Shown one piece after another: positions 23,756-37,186 of a stretch of DNA of 64,000 bases. Position 1 is the first letter of the stretch, and each line of letters begins with the position of its first letter. The DNA is from Chlorokybus atmophyticus (lineage: Eukaryota; Plantae; Mesostigma and Chlorokybus algae). Made by a program: the position numbers and the translations under genes. The stretch spans positions 474,537-538,536 of the forward strand of contig RHPI01003156.1 in NCBI GenBank assembly GCA_009103225.1, in the 5' to 3' direction. Under the pieces are notes generated by a model that made no database searches, was not told the origin of the DNA, and was given only the letters and a program-made list of their open reading frames with translations.

Positions 23756-25687
23756 ATGGGCCTCGGCCGTGTGGCTGTGGTGGGCGCGGGGTCGGTGGGC
23801 CAGGCTGTGGCGCGGCTGCTGGCATCGTCGTCGTCGGGTGAAAGTGAAAATGCGGTGCGGGTTGTGCTGGGCGCCAGGAGGCCCGAGGCGGCTGCCGCCA
23901 CCTTGGCCAAGGCGGAGCCTGCTCTCTTTGACGCTGGCAGCATCGCCGTCGCGGAGACGCCCGTGGATGCCGCCGCCCAGGCGGACCTCGTCCTGCTCAC
24001 CGTGCCGGACGGCGCCATCTCGCAGGCAAGGCAGCAATGTATGGACAGCTGGCTGCCATTCGGAGGCAACGCTTGAGTGTTTAGATGAAATGCCCCCCAT
24101 GCATGCAGAACTTCCCACTGGTTTGGAAAAAAACAGGCGTCTGCACTGTGGGCAACTTGTACCAATGGAGGCATAGCACATGTGTGCTGATATTACAGTC
24201 CTGTGAGCGTGCAATGGCAATTAACAATGGAATTGGTGAGTGCGCAATTATGGAACTGACTAACTATGAGTCGATCAGTCATCAGTGGTGCAATTGTGGG
24301 TATGCATCTTGTTGGCATGCACACTCCCTACTACCATACATCAAGCTACTCGTAGTACTGTTGCCTACTGCATGCCCTATAACATGCCATGCACGTGTAT
24401 TGGAACGTGCGCATAACTTTGGCTCCCACCATTGCCTACCTAATACTTCAACCAAGTCACACCATTCACCAGGTTTGCAGTGATCTTGTTCGCGAGGGCG
24501 CCTTCCACTCCAAGCCAACAGTCGCCCACTGTTCCGGCGCGTTGACCTCCCATGCTGCTCTCGGAGCTGCCGCGAGCGCCGGCTGCCTCATCGCATCCGC
24601 GCACCCGCTGCTGACCTTCCCGGACGCCGATGCCGGAGTGCGGCGACTTCCCGGAGCCTACTGGTTTTGTGAAGGTGATTGTTGGCTTGGGTGCGTTGGC
24701 ACACGGGTGCAATGCATGTATGCGGGCGTGTGCGTGCGTGCGTGCGTGCGTGCGTGCAGATGATGCAACGTCAAGGTGTAACACTGCTTCTTGCAAAGGC
24801 AGTCCCGAAGCGTTGGCAGTTGTGAAGCCGCTTGTGACAGCAGTCAAGGGTCGGTACGTGGAGATCGAAGCGCAGCGCAAGGTGCTTTATCACGCGGCGG
24901 CAGTGATGGCAAGCAACTACACTGTCACGCTCTTAGGTGAGCAAGTTGTCAGCTTGTTGATGTCATGATTGGCTGCGTGCAACTGCATTGTGCCGGGCGC
25001 TTGCATTCGTATAATACTGGTAAACTGTTCTGGATTTGTTAGAGCCGCCAGTATGTGCTCGCTGCCTAGGCACAATGCAGTGTTTGTATTGGTAGTACCA
25101 TACACTATCATTGGGCACCCATGTAACAAGCCGACTAAAAGCTGAAGACGCACTGCAGATATGGCTAGCTCCGTCGCAGCGGAAGCAGGCATTGATCGCA
25201 GGCTGTTTATGACTGCCGTTGAACCGCTTGTGCAAGCTACGGTACGAGGCACACACTCACCATTACGTATACACGCCGTAGTGTCATCTGGTGTACGCAC
25301 ATACATATGCACACCACAATTGACTATTCTGCTCTCAACAGGTTGACAATGTTTTCAGAATGGGCGCCACGGATGCACTCACTGGCCCCATTGCACGAGG
25401 TGACGTTGACACTGTTCGCGCGCATCTGGCTGCCCTTCGCCTAGGTGCCAGCAAAGGGGACCATGAGCAAGACAGTGGCAGGCGAGTGCGGCTAGCTGTA
25501 TGTGTTGTGCATGCATGCACTGCAGGTTGTGACACATGCATTTATCCCTTGCAGGGCGGAAGCTATGTATCGAGCTCTAGGGGCTTCCACTGTGCAGCTT
25601 GCAGCGAGGAATGGCACCGTTGGTGACGAGGAGCAAGAAGAGCTGCGGCGTTTGTTCTCTCAGTTGCACCTTCCCGAGCGGGGTTGA
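23756..25687 (+). CDS. Rossmann-like + DUF2520 oxidoreductase (PanG-like), 6 exons, 321 aa
   Basis: Exons 23756-24025, 24473-24674, 24799-24936, 25159-25241, 25342-25481 and 25555-25687 are in frame. Motifs 'VVGAGSVG', 'LLTVPD', 'HCSGA', 'HPLLTF', 'YHAAAVMASNY', 'ALTGPIARGD'. Confidence 0.88.
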
Positions 25688-26932
25688 ACCGTAGTTGGAG
25701 GGGGAGAACGTGCAAAGTGACAACCAATGATGCGTGGCTTAGCTTCCGGTGAGTGACCCCAATACAGAGGACAAGACAGTGACCATGGTCTGGAGAGCCG
25801 TAGTCCACATCTTCAAGCAGAACACGATCGACAATGCAAGTGCCCAGCGCAAGTGGTCATGGTTGAGGAAATAGATGCGAGAGGATGTGAAGATTGTCAT
25901 GCAATGGTGGTGGGACAGGGTTAGTTAATGAGCAACCAATGCAATGGCACAGCAGCAGGCGCCGCCATCCCACTTTTCTCTAGGACGCTGTCCAGGAAGC
26001 GCACGCTGCCAATGCTTCTGTCGCGTGGGTTTCTGGTTGAAGTGTCCGGCGTGTCCAGCAAAGGTGTGGAGCTGTGCTAGGCACTTGCAGTTCAAAGCAT
26101 GACAGACACGACCGTGACATCCTTTCAGCGTCGACAGCTGAGACAGCGTGTTGGACAAGAAGTGGAAGCCTCTGCAGGTGTTGATTTTGGAGCAGGCAAC
26201 AACTAGAGCCCGCATGGTCTATCAGTTTACTATTGCTCCGCTGCCCTATACAAGTATTATGATCTACGTGCATGACTGTGTAGACTTGCTGTGACTTGAG
26301 TTCGCGACAGATGCCACCATGTGCAACCTGCAGATAGTTGCGTAGGGACTTACATAAACAACGGCAAAGCCTGTTCAGTGTACTTACAGATCCTGTTGGC
26401 ATCCTACAGCTGCTTTGCTTTGTAGATAGTATCCTCCTAATACACAGCGAATGGGCAGTTGCATGTCAAATCAGCGTCCATGGCTACGTGCAGAGATGTG
26501 CCCACACATACATACATAACACAGCATGCTATATATTATGCACAGGCGCAAGCACACGCGCGCAAGTGCACCACATCATGCATCACACGGCACAGACGCA
26601 AGCAAGCCTAGAGCAATGCGGCGCAGCCATGCACACAAGCACATGCCAGCACATAGGCAATAGCCCCAACCAGATAACGCTTTTTGCAGCTTACTCTGCT
26701 GCGCATAGAGAACTGCAAGTCAACTCCTGAACAACACATGTTCATGTGTTGAATCGCACACCCTCCGCAGGTGAAAGCATTCCATAACAGTTAGTAGTCA
26801 GCACGCACCGGTGGAGTCCGCTTGCAGTGCAATCACCAACCATTTATTCACAATCGCAAGAATGTGCGTTTCTACCTACCGGTCCCCCTACCACCTTGCT
26901 ACTGACATGATGTACACAACCCCACATCGGTG

Positions 26933-29900
26933 TTATTGCTTGAACAACCACTGCGCCAGCGCCGTATCCGCCCCACCCGCGCTGAACACGAAGCGGTTGT
27001 CGCCGCCAGAGAACCGCACCGTCGTGACGTGCGAAGAATGACCACCGTAAAGCTTCGGCTTGCCCTGCAGGCAAAATACAAAGGTGAGTGCTATGGATGC
27101 GTGATTGACTTGTTGTGTGGGTCACAAGTGTGATCGCTGTCCGCATGGTATGTGACATCGTGTGGTTGCTTTTCGTGTTGATGTTATGGTGCTGATATGT
27201 ATGGACAATAGGCTATACTCGTCTTTGATGCTTGCCCTCATGAGCTCGCTCACACGCGCGCGTGTGTACGTGGACATAACAACAACAGGCCACTACATGT
27301 GAACTTTTGTTCTACACACAACTTCAGCAACACCACACTCACCCCGAGCGCGGGGTACTTGAACAGTGAGACCATCCCAAAGTCGTCTCCCGTCACGAGG
27401 CAGCGCTCGCTGCGGCTGCGATCCACCGAGTTCACGTCCGTGCCGTCCGCGTTCTTCGGCCAAATCCCTGTTTGTTTGATTAGATGGACAACGTGGAAGT
27501 TATCATCATCAACACAGCTGCATGTCAACTTGTTGAAAGTAAACACGCAAGCGCACCAATGACGGGCCACCCGAGCACTCCCGTGTACGTCGCCCACTGC
27601 TCGTCCTTGCAAGACGAGCCAAACTTGATTTGCTTGCCCTTGGGCATCTCCCCTGATTCACAGCGTAACTTATATCAGGACCCTTTGCCAGTGTGCTGTT
27701 GGCTCCTGATTATCAAGTTCTTATAACAACTCACTCAAGACAGGTAGTGCGATAGTTATACTCCAGACTATAATTGCGAGCATGATAAGTCACACTTACA
27801 GAAGAGCAGCTCATAATCCCCAGAGTTTGTAAACAGCTTGCTCCCGTCTTTCGACCAGTTCATGTGCGTGATGAACGAAGAGTGTCCCTGCACCACATAG
27901 ACAGCACACATTTGTACTTGTCCACCAACACCGACACCCAACATAACCCCACCCAACATTATACTTCCTCTCACCTTGCATATGCCGACGCGTTTGTAGT
28001 CCCGCTGGCACTCGTAGACATCGACAAAGTTGTCGTGGGTCCCCACGGCCACGTGCGCTCCGTCGGGACTCCACTTGATGTCAGACACCCACTCCTGACG
28101 GTGCGCTAACTCCTTCACCACCTCCAGCGTGGAAGCGTCCATCACAAACACCTGCGTGCGTGCGTGCGTGCGTGCGTGTGTGGATGCGTGCGTGCTCAGG
28201 TCGTTGCATGCCTGCAACAGTCTCCAACAATGCAGCACTCACCTTCCCGTTGAACATGCCGGCCGCGAGCGTGTCGCCCGCGGGACTAAACGCCACGAAC
28301 CGCACGCATCCCGTATGAAAAGAAGTCCTCGCTATATCCTGTTTTCAGACTAAGAGTGTGAGAAAGGTGCATCCCAGCCTTTGACACCTTCATACCCACG
28401 TCCACGTTACCTGCCACGCTTTCCTCGGCACCATCTCTTTGGCTGCCAGCAGCCGTCTCTTCTCCCCGTCCCAGATGCGCACGGTCCCGTCGTCCCCCGC
28501 AGTCGCCACCATCGCAGATGCGCCGTCTCGATGACCGGGGTGGGACGCAACGCCCCACACCTCGCCCTCGCCGTGACCCTGGGGGCGTGAGGACGCGCGT
28601 ATGTGTGCGTGTGCGAGCGTGTACGCGTGTATGTGTTGGTGCGCATGCATGTGTGGTCACCACACAGTGACTGGCTTTGTGCGCATAGGGGGTGCGTGCG
28701 TGCGTGCGTGCGTGGTGCTCGTATATGTGTGCGCACACGTGCGTGCAAAGTAAACATTGCAAACTCGTACTTGTATCAACAGGGCCGGTTTGCCGGATGT
28801 GTCGATTTCATGTATCTCCCCGCTGGCAGTGCCCACCAGCACGCGGTCTCTTGAGGCCGCGTACAAGCTCCGGACCGACACCGTCCAACCCTGTAACAGA
28901 AGTAAACACTCAGCGATGCACTGTCTCTGACTTGCCAGCATGTAGCATACTTGTGTCGAGTGGGTGATGGTGATGGTTCGCCAACACACGCACAGACACA
29001 CACGCGCACACGCACACACACGCGCACACGCACGCGCACACGCACACGCACACGCATACACGCGAACGCAGACAGACACACACATACACGTGCACTCGCA
29101 CGCATGCGCACGTGCTCGCGCATGCAGATGCATATCACATCCTCGTCAAGCATGCGCGAGTGCACACATACTTGTATCGGGTGGGCGATGGGTACGGTTC
29201 GCGTCACCGACCAGTCCTTCGTTGACCACATTTTCACGCAGCCGTCGCTCCCGCCGGTCACGAGCACACCCTCCACATAAAACAATGAATGCGCCCCATC
29301 CTACACACGGGACATGTACGAGTCATGTTGTGTCATCTACTCCATGCTGCAATGCATAATACCAACCTTGTGCGCGTTTGGTATGACTTTTGACAGCGAT
29401 GGGCCAGTGAACAGGTAGAGGCTGCCGTCGCGCGTGCCAATAACAGTCTAGGGGGAAGAAACCACAGCAAGCACACCTCATGAGAATGTTGTTGTGTGAT
29501 TCTCCCCTCACCTATACAGCTTGCTTTCTTGTGCAACGCGCAATCATAACCAACACGTGTACACATGCGTGTTACAACGACTCACCTGACCGGGACCAAT
29601 GAACGCAGACGTGTAGAAAGGCTGCAGCTTCCCGCTCCCGCTGATGATACCCATCTTGGGCGCCAACTTGGTCCCCTACACACAGAACCCAACATGTTGA
29701 TTTGGTTGTTGCTCACTCTTGGTAAGGACAAGCGCACACACGCGCGCGCACATGCGCACACACGCACACGCGCACACACACGCACGCGCACACGCACGCA
29801 CGCACGCACACACGCACAACACAACACCTCTCCCCTCACCTTGCTCAAGTCCTTGGGCGCCTCGCAGAACTTCACATGTTTCATCCCCGTCGTCACGATC

Positions 29901-32900
29901 CCCCCCCACTCCCCCCAATTGACGTGCACGATCCTGTTCTTGTCCCCCTTCCAGGTGGCGAGCAGGGCCTCGGTCCCCCACTCGTACAGCCCGACCGAGT
30001 GGTCGTCGTCCAGACCCACGGAGGCCAGGTAGCGACCGCAGGGGGAGAAGGAGAGGGAGACCACCGCGCGCTTGTGGAAACCGAGCATGGTTGCAGCAGC
30101 CTAGGAATGAAACATCGTGTTGTGTTGGGTGTTACCATATCATCATCCCCCTTCCCCCTCCTTCTCTTACCCCCCCTCTCCCCCCAACATGTAGGCAGTT
30201 GAGTTGAAGTGTATGAACACTTCAAACTTTTGTCAGTCGTAGGGTAACAACTGTAGTGTGCTAAAAGACACAGCAGCTGTAGTATAGTGCAGTAGTAGAA
30301 TGCAGCGTGCTACGAAAGGTGTAGTGTCACACGCTACACATGCTGCAATGTGACAGTACTGCTGTATGTGTGACACTACAGTTGTGATAGCACACTACAA
30401 CTGTGTTACGCTACAGTACTGTTACACTACAGCAGTTGCGGTGTGTGACCGTTAAAAAAAAGGGGTAAATCTTACCTGCATTGTGCTTGAGTCCCAGACG
30501 ATGATCTTGGGTTGGCGGCCGATCTCGCCGGTGGCAAACAGGACGCCCTTGGGATGCCGAGCCATGCTGTGGACATAACAGGAGCAGATCAGCACGCAAG
30601 CACGCACATGCGCACATCTGTGCATATGCGCACGCGAGCACAATCGCACACACACAGACACACAGACACACGCATCTGCGCGCATGCGCACACACATCGA
30701 CTTCAACAAACGCATGGTCGTACCACAGGATGTCGTCCGTGTTGCCTTCAGCGTTGTCACTCATGGGGTCATCGGTGATGAACCGCTGCGCATGCTTCTC
30801 CTTGTTGTACACAACACCCCACGCCGCCACGTGGTACGCCACGTCGCCCGCCGCCGTGTAGAACACGTTGTTGCGGGTATCGTAGCCCCGATACCCATAC
30901 ACCCACTACACAAGAAGAGAAAGCAAACAATCGTCATTACACGCACGCACATTGAGTTCATGTTGGGTTTTTGCGCGTGCGCGCGCGCGAGCGCGCGCAT
31001 GCGCACACAACAACAACAGCAACAACAACTCACTTGTAGTTGTAGCGACTCCCCCGGCATCTCATAACTCGGCGTATACTGGCTCGGCGGGAACGTCTGT
31101 CCGAGGCACGGTCTCCCCACCATGGGCGACTTCATCCCCTTGACGGCCCCCAGCTCCCTGACGGAGTGGTTCTTGTAAGGGTTGGGTATCCCCTCGAGCG
31201 CGTTGGCGGGCTGGTAGGAAGGGACCCCGCCGTCGATGCCGGTCTGGGACATGAGCACCAGCTTGTTGCCGCGGGACTGATCCAAAGAAGAAGTCTCCTC
31301 GGAGGACTCGTCGTCGGAGTCGCCTGAAACACGGCACGGATAAGTTAGCGTGGGCTAGTGCACTCGGCCATGTTGGTGGCATGTGCTCGCATGGGACTGC
31401 ATGTTGGTCATTGCGCGTGTGAGTATGCGCTTGCCCATGTGCATATGTGAGTGTGTCTGAGGCTACCACTACTTCTCCCTGTCACCTCCATTGTCTTCTT
31501 CATTGGGTTGAAGGTGTCGCCACTGGAAGATGCATCGATCCCCACCTCCGGTCGACATCAGATACTTGTCATTTCCACTGAACGCCACGTTCGTGACGTG
31601 AGCAGAGTGCCCCTGATACTTCTTATAATCCGCCTGCATGGAATCAAACCAACACGCACATCAGCAATGTGTACCATATTGCAATGGTACACATGCACTC
31701 ACTCGTGCGACGTCTGAGGGGAATCGGAATAGCTTGATGAGTCCAAAGTCGTCCGCGGAAGCAAGCACGCACTCGTCCTCCCACCAGGCGCCCTGGCGGG
31801 TCCGAGCGCACGCGTTGATGTCGGAACCGTCCGCCTCAGAAGGCCAGATGCCCTGGTGTGGGGAGTGAACACGGGATGTAAGAGTTATCATGGATGTTCC
31901 CTGGAAGTTTGTGCACAGATGCACAACATTCGGCTGGACACAAGCGGGCGCACAAGCAAGCACATGCATGCACTGACACGCGCGCACACAGGCAGGCACA
32001 CACAGACATGCACTGACACGCGCACAGATACACACCTACAAGGGCACCCACATGCAAGCATACACACACGCACGCACGTATGCACGCACACACAGACACA
32101 TCCAAATAGCAGCAACCCTCAACACTCACACACATGCACACGCTCCCACCGGCGCTGGCGCTCACACTCACTTACCTGTGTAGGCCACGCTATAGTGCAT
32201 GTGAAGGTGTGCCAGTCTGCGTCCCTCAGCTCCGAGGAGTTCTTAATCTGCTCGCCTGAAGGCATGCGCCCTAGGCAAAGAGGCGAAGGAGTGAAGGTCA
32301 GCTGGGTGCAACAACCACTGTCAACAACGTCATTCTTGCGTGCATGTGCGCGCGCACGAGTGTGCTTGTGTGTGAGGTATCCTCACAGAAGAGGAGCTCG
32401 TTGTCGGCGCTGTTGGTCTGCAGGAACATGCTATCTGCGCTCCAGTCCATCTGTGTCACGGATGCCGTATGCCCCTGTTGCACGCATAACGTATCATCAA
32501 CACTAGCACCGACACCATCAACACTATCAACAACATCAACAACAAGAACAAGCAGCTTGCCTCGCAGCGTGCCAGGAACTTGTACCCGCCGTCGTCCTTG
32601 CCGGCCCCCCTATACACATCATACACGCCAACATACCGATCGTGCGACCCCACCGCCAGATACTTCCCGCATGGCGAGTACTTCAACTGCAACACAACCT
32701 TCACATCACAACCCCACCACCACCACACCCACAACAATATGATCATCATACCTGTGATACCCACTCTTTCCCGTGTTGTATCTGCGTGATCTGCGTTGCC
32801 GTGACCCCGTCGAACACGAGCACCTGGCCCCGGAAGGTCCCCACGGCCAAGTGGGCGTTCTTCGGGTGGAACGCCACGCTGCGGCAGCGCTGGGGGGTCT

Positions 32901-33026
32901 TCTGCAACCTGGGTGGGAGGTGACGGCGTGTGCGTGTGCGTGTGCGTGTGCGTGTGTTTGCGTGCATGCACGCGCGCGTGCACACACACAAGCATGCGCA
33001 CGCATGCGCGCGTGCGCACACACAGA

Positions 33027-33103
<77 letters not shown>

Positions 33104-33814
33104 TCCCCCACACCCTCACCTCAGCAATCTCCTTTGCGTGATGCTCCACACCCTCACGCTCCTGTCATCCGACGCCGTGGCAAACACATCCCTGGTCGCA
33201 TGACAATCCACTCCCCACACCTCCCCCATGACCACTCCCTTCTCTTTATCCAGCGCCCCCGCGTGCCCCTGAGCCACGAGCTTCCTATTGCTTTTATACC
33301 CATCTTCAGTTGATAAATCGAACTCGTAGATCTCGCTGCTCTTGGTGCCCACGGCGAGGCGTTTGCGGGTGGAGTCGTAAGCGATGGCTTTGACGCAGGG
33401 GGAGCGGCCGTCCGGATAAGAGAGAGCGTGGTTCTGGTCGTCGACGAGACTGGCGGAGGACTTGGACATGTCGATGGAGAAACGGAGCTCCATGAAGGGG
33501 TTGTAGAAGTTGACCTGAAGGAGGGGGGAGGGGCGGAAGGAAAGGGGGTGTTGGGGGTTGGGGTGAGCGGGGTAAAGTGTGTGTGAGTTTTGGAGGAGAG
33601 ACAAACCAGCACGCACGCAATTGCACGCGGAGTGGAGTGTTCAATTTTATATATGCGCGCATGTATATGTGCGTATACACCCGCACGCGCGGACAAGTAC
33701 TCACGCGTGCCCGTGCACGCACGCACATGCACATGCACATACATATGCATATGCATGCGCTTGTGCGTGCATACATGCACGCGCACGCAAGCACAGACAG
33801 ATCAACACACGAAG

Positions 33815-33855
<41 letters not shown>

Positions 33856-35729
33856 TGCGCGTGCATCCCAACACCACCTGCCCCCCACGCCACCCCCCTC
33901 CCTCCTCACCTTCCCATCCTTCCCTCCGCTAATGATATAATCCGCCGCGAACGTGATCTCGTGGACCGGTCCCTGGTGGCACGCGTCGAACTTCTTGACG
34001 GCCTCGACGGAGCCCTCGGACCCCCACTTGATGATCGCGCCGCTCTGGGTGCCCGTCAGGGTGCAGCCGTCGGGGGTGAAGCCGATCGAGAGGACCGTGG
34101 ACACGCCGCCCACCTGGGGAGGGGGAAGAGCTTGTTGTGTGTGGGTGTGCCTTGATGCATGCGTACGCGTGCGCACGTCCGCATGCGTGCCTGCGTGCGT
34201 GCGTGCATATATGTACGTGTGTGTGATTGTGTTCAAGCGTGTGCATGTGCCTGTGCGCTCATGCGCATGCTTAGGAGGGGGTGGGCAATGTGGTGTGCGT
34301 GCACGCGTGCGTGTGCGCGCACGTGCATACGATTCCACAAGTGCGCATATGTGCAAACACGCACGTGTGTATACAAGCATGCGCCCGTGCGTGTGCATGT
34401 GCGTGCGTCTGAGAGGTACTTCCAGGCTGCTACAAACACACACCCTCACCTTCCCCCACACTCCCTTTTTCCCGACCAGCGCTCCCCCTTCCATCTTCCA
34501 GAACTTGACTCCCTTCTCCCCCCCCGTGACCAGCCGTCCGTCCACCGGGTTGAAGTCGCAGTACAGGATGCGTCCGCTGTCCCCCCGAGCGGAGCCCAAC
34601 AGCTGGGACGAACGCCAGTCGTAGATCGCCACGGAATGGTGCTCGTCCAGACCGACGGTGCCGATGAAACGAGAGGAGGGGTGGAAGGCGATGGCCACCA
34701 CGGCGCGGGAGTGGAAACCCTGCGGAGGGAATGAATGTGGTCGAGGTGAGTGAGGACCAACTTGCTAAGGTGAGCTGAGACAAAAGCTGTCAAGTCTTCT
34801 TCTACTTAGACTCGCTGCTTGACGCAGCGAGTAGTAATAGTAGTAGTAGTAGTGTACAGGGAAAGGAGAGGGGNGGGGGGCGCATGTGCGCATGGGGGTG
34901 CATGTGAATGTCTGTGCCGGTGCGTGCAAATACATGGGCACGTGAGCGTGCAACTCTCTGTGCGAGTGTGCGGGTGCGTTTTCGCATGCGCATGCGCGTG
35001 CCTGTGCGTGAGAGTGCGTACGTGAGGGTGTGTCTACAGTACATGCATAAGTCAGCACGTTTTTGTGGGCATGTCTGCATGTGTCCCCTAGCATGTGCTT
35101 GCGTGCATGCGTGGAGATTGTCATACCAAACTGCTAACGAGTTGCTCACAGATTCATCTCTTTGACTGCCTTCACTCACCTTGAGCTCCGCTTGCATCTG
35201 GCAGTCACTCGCTTTCCACACGAATATGCTCGGTTGTTTCCCCACCTCCCCCGTCACCACATACTCCCCATCTTTGGTCGTATCCAGACACAATATATCA
35301 TCATTGTGCCCTAAAAAGTGCTTCTGCCTCCCCCGCGCGGTGTCGAGCACGACCCCCACCGCGGCGGCGTGGTAGACGAGGTGCTTGCCGTTGTTGACGT
35401 AGGCGATGTTGTGTCGGGCGTCGTGGGCGCGGTAGCCGTGGACGTGGTCGAGACGGAGAGAGTGGGAGGGAGGGTCTTGAGCGAGAGGGTGGGTGGACCA
35501 ACCGGTGGGGCCGAAGATGGAACCGCGCGCGGGCTGCCTGTGAGAGAGAGAGAGAGAATGTTGGGGTGTATTGTAACGGTGAGTGTGTCGGCAACAACTA
35601 CCATAAAAAGTTGGAATGTGTGCCTGTGGCAGAAGCCGGTCTCGACTGAGCGAGCGACGGGGCCTTCGGCGGGGATGGGACGACGCTCGTACTCGTCATT
35701 CTTCTCGGCCTCAACATCCGAGTCGTGAC
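26933..35729 (-). CDS. EML: Echinoderm microtubule-associated protein-like (EML5/6-like) WD40 protein, many exons, 5' end not resolved (gap)
   Basis: Two HELP motifs ('LRLDHVHGYRAHDARHN', 'VYGYRGYDTRNN') and many WD40 exons ('GHNDDILCL', 'GHSSFITHMNWS', 'GDDFGMVSLFKYP'). C-terminus 'GGHSSHVTTVRF...QWLFKQ*'. Confidence 0.88.
33024..33101. repeat. (AG)n microsatellite in an EML intron
   Basis: Read directly. Confidence 0.95.
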
Positions 35730-35828
35730 CTGCGCGTGCGCGCGCGTGGTTGTGTGCGTATGCGAGTGTACGAGTGTGGGGATGCGAAGCATGTGGACAT
35801 GTGTGCGGGTGCATGTTTGAGGCGGGGG

Positions 35829-36126
35829 NNNNNNNNNNNNNNNNNNNNNNNNNNNNNNNNNNNNNNNNNNNNNNNNNNNNNNNNNNNNNNNNNNNNNNNN
35901 NNNNNNNNNNNNNNNNNNNNNNNNNNNNNNNNNNNNNNNNNNNNNNNNNNNNNNNNNNNNNNNNNNNNNNNNNNNNNNNNNNNNNNNNNNNNNNNNNNNN
36001 NNNNNNNNNNNNNNNNNNNNNNNNNNNNNNNNNNNNNNNNNNNNNNNNNNNNNNNNNNNNNNNNNNNNNNNNNNNNNNNNNNNNNNNNNNNNNNNNNNNN
36101 NNNNNNNNNNNNNNNNNNNNNNNNNN
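35829..36126. other. Assembly gap (N run)
   Basis: 298 N bases. Confidence 1.
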
Positions 36127-37186
36127 GTGCAAGTCTGTGTCTGTGCATGCGAGTGTACGCATGTTGTGAGTGAGCATGCTCATCGCAGTCTGATGCAAGT
36201 GTTGCATGTGTGTATATGATGCATACAAGAGATGAGCCGTTAGTCGTTGTTCATATGCCGACAAGACCAAAGAGACAGCCAGGCTACGTACACGTGTGCA
36301 AGCGACCGTACACACGAGTTCAAGCTGCAGTACACACGAGTGCAAGCCATCTCGTAATGTTCAGTTCAAGGCGAGATGAATAGCACTCGCTCAGACACGC
36401 ATTAAGTCGATCACCCACCCACCCACCCACCCACCCACTCACGCACTAAATCAGTCAGTCACGTGCTCATTCAATCAGCTACTTGTTAGTTACGTTAAGT
36501 CAACGCCACTGTTGGCATGCTCTGCGCAGCAGTTGTCCATTTGCTAATTCGTTCAATTCATCAAGCGGGTGATTTGTCAGTGGTGAGTCGAACAGCCACT
36601 CGAGATGCTTTTAGTGACATGCTCTCTGCGCACCTTCGTTGGTGTGTATCTCCAAGGGATCCCCGAACCCGTCTCCAAACGCCTCCCCAAAGGCCTCCGC
36701 ACTGGCTCCAGCTCCCATGTTCAATAAGAGAGAATTGTAACAGACTCACACCCACTCAAACCACCCATACACTCCCTTCGGTTGAGTTGTGTGTGACCAA
36801 GCTCGCTGTGGAGTGTACCACACACCCACATACTAGGCAGATATGCATGGCTTGTGCACACTCATCCTGGCTGTTTAGCAACCGCCAGCTGGCACACCTT
36901 CTTCCTGCTGCTCCCCTCCCCTCTACAACACGCAATCAATGCACAGCATTGCGGTGAATTCAGCAGCTCAAGTTCAGCATTGAGCTGGGTGGCCACATCA
37001 CCTTTCGTATGCATTCCAGTGCGGCGGTTAACAACGTCTCACACACACTTTTCCCAAACACTTGTGCGCAGCGCACAGTTGGCTTGTGCGCTTGAGACTC
37101 TTGTGCACTTGTGCGGCAAGCGCACAAGAGTTTCAAGCCCTAACCCTAGTTTGTTTAAGGGTGTGGGCAGTGGCATAGCTGGCGGC

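Noticed and set aside
20335-25687. Bacterial contamination (kdsD and DUF2520)
   Set aside because: Both genes have spliceosomal introns and flank the eukaryotic MED11 gene.
27700-35400. Many long ORFs rich in H/T/R/A/C/V in the ORF track
   Set aside because: They are translations of intronic (AC/GT/GCAC)n tracts, not proteins.
35311-36345. 344-aa and other ORFs spanning X runs
   Set aside because: Artefacts of reading through the N gap; the same applies at 53284-53571.
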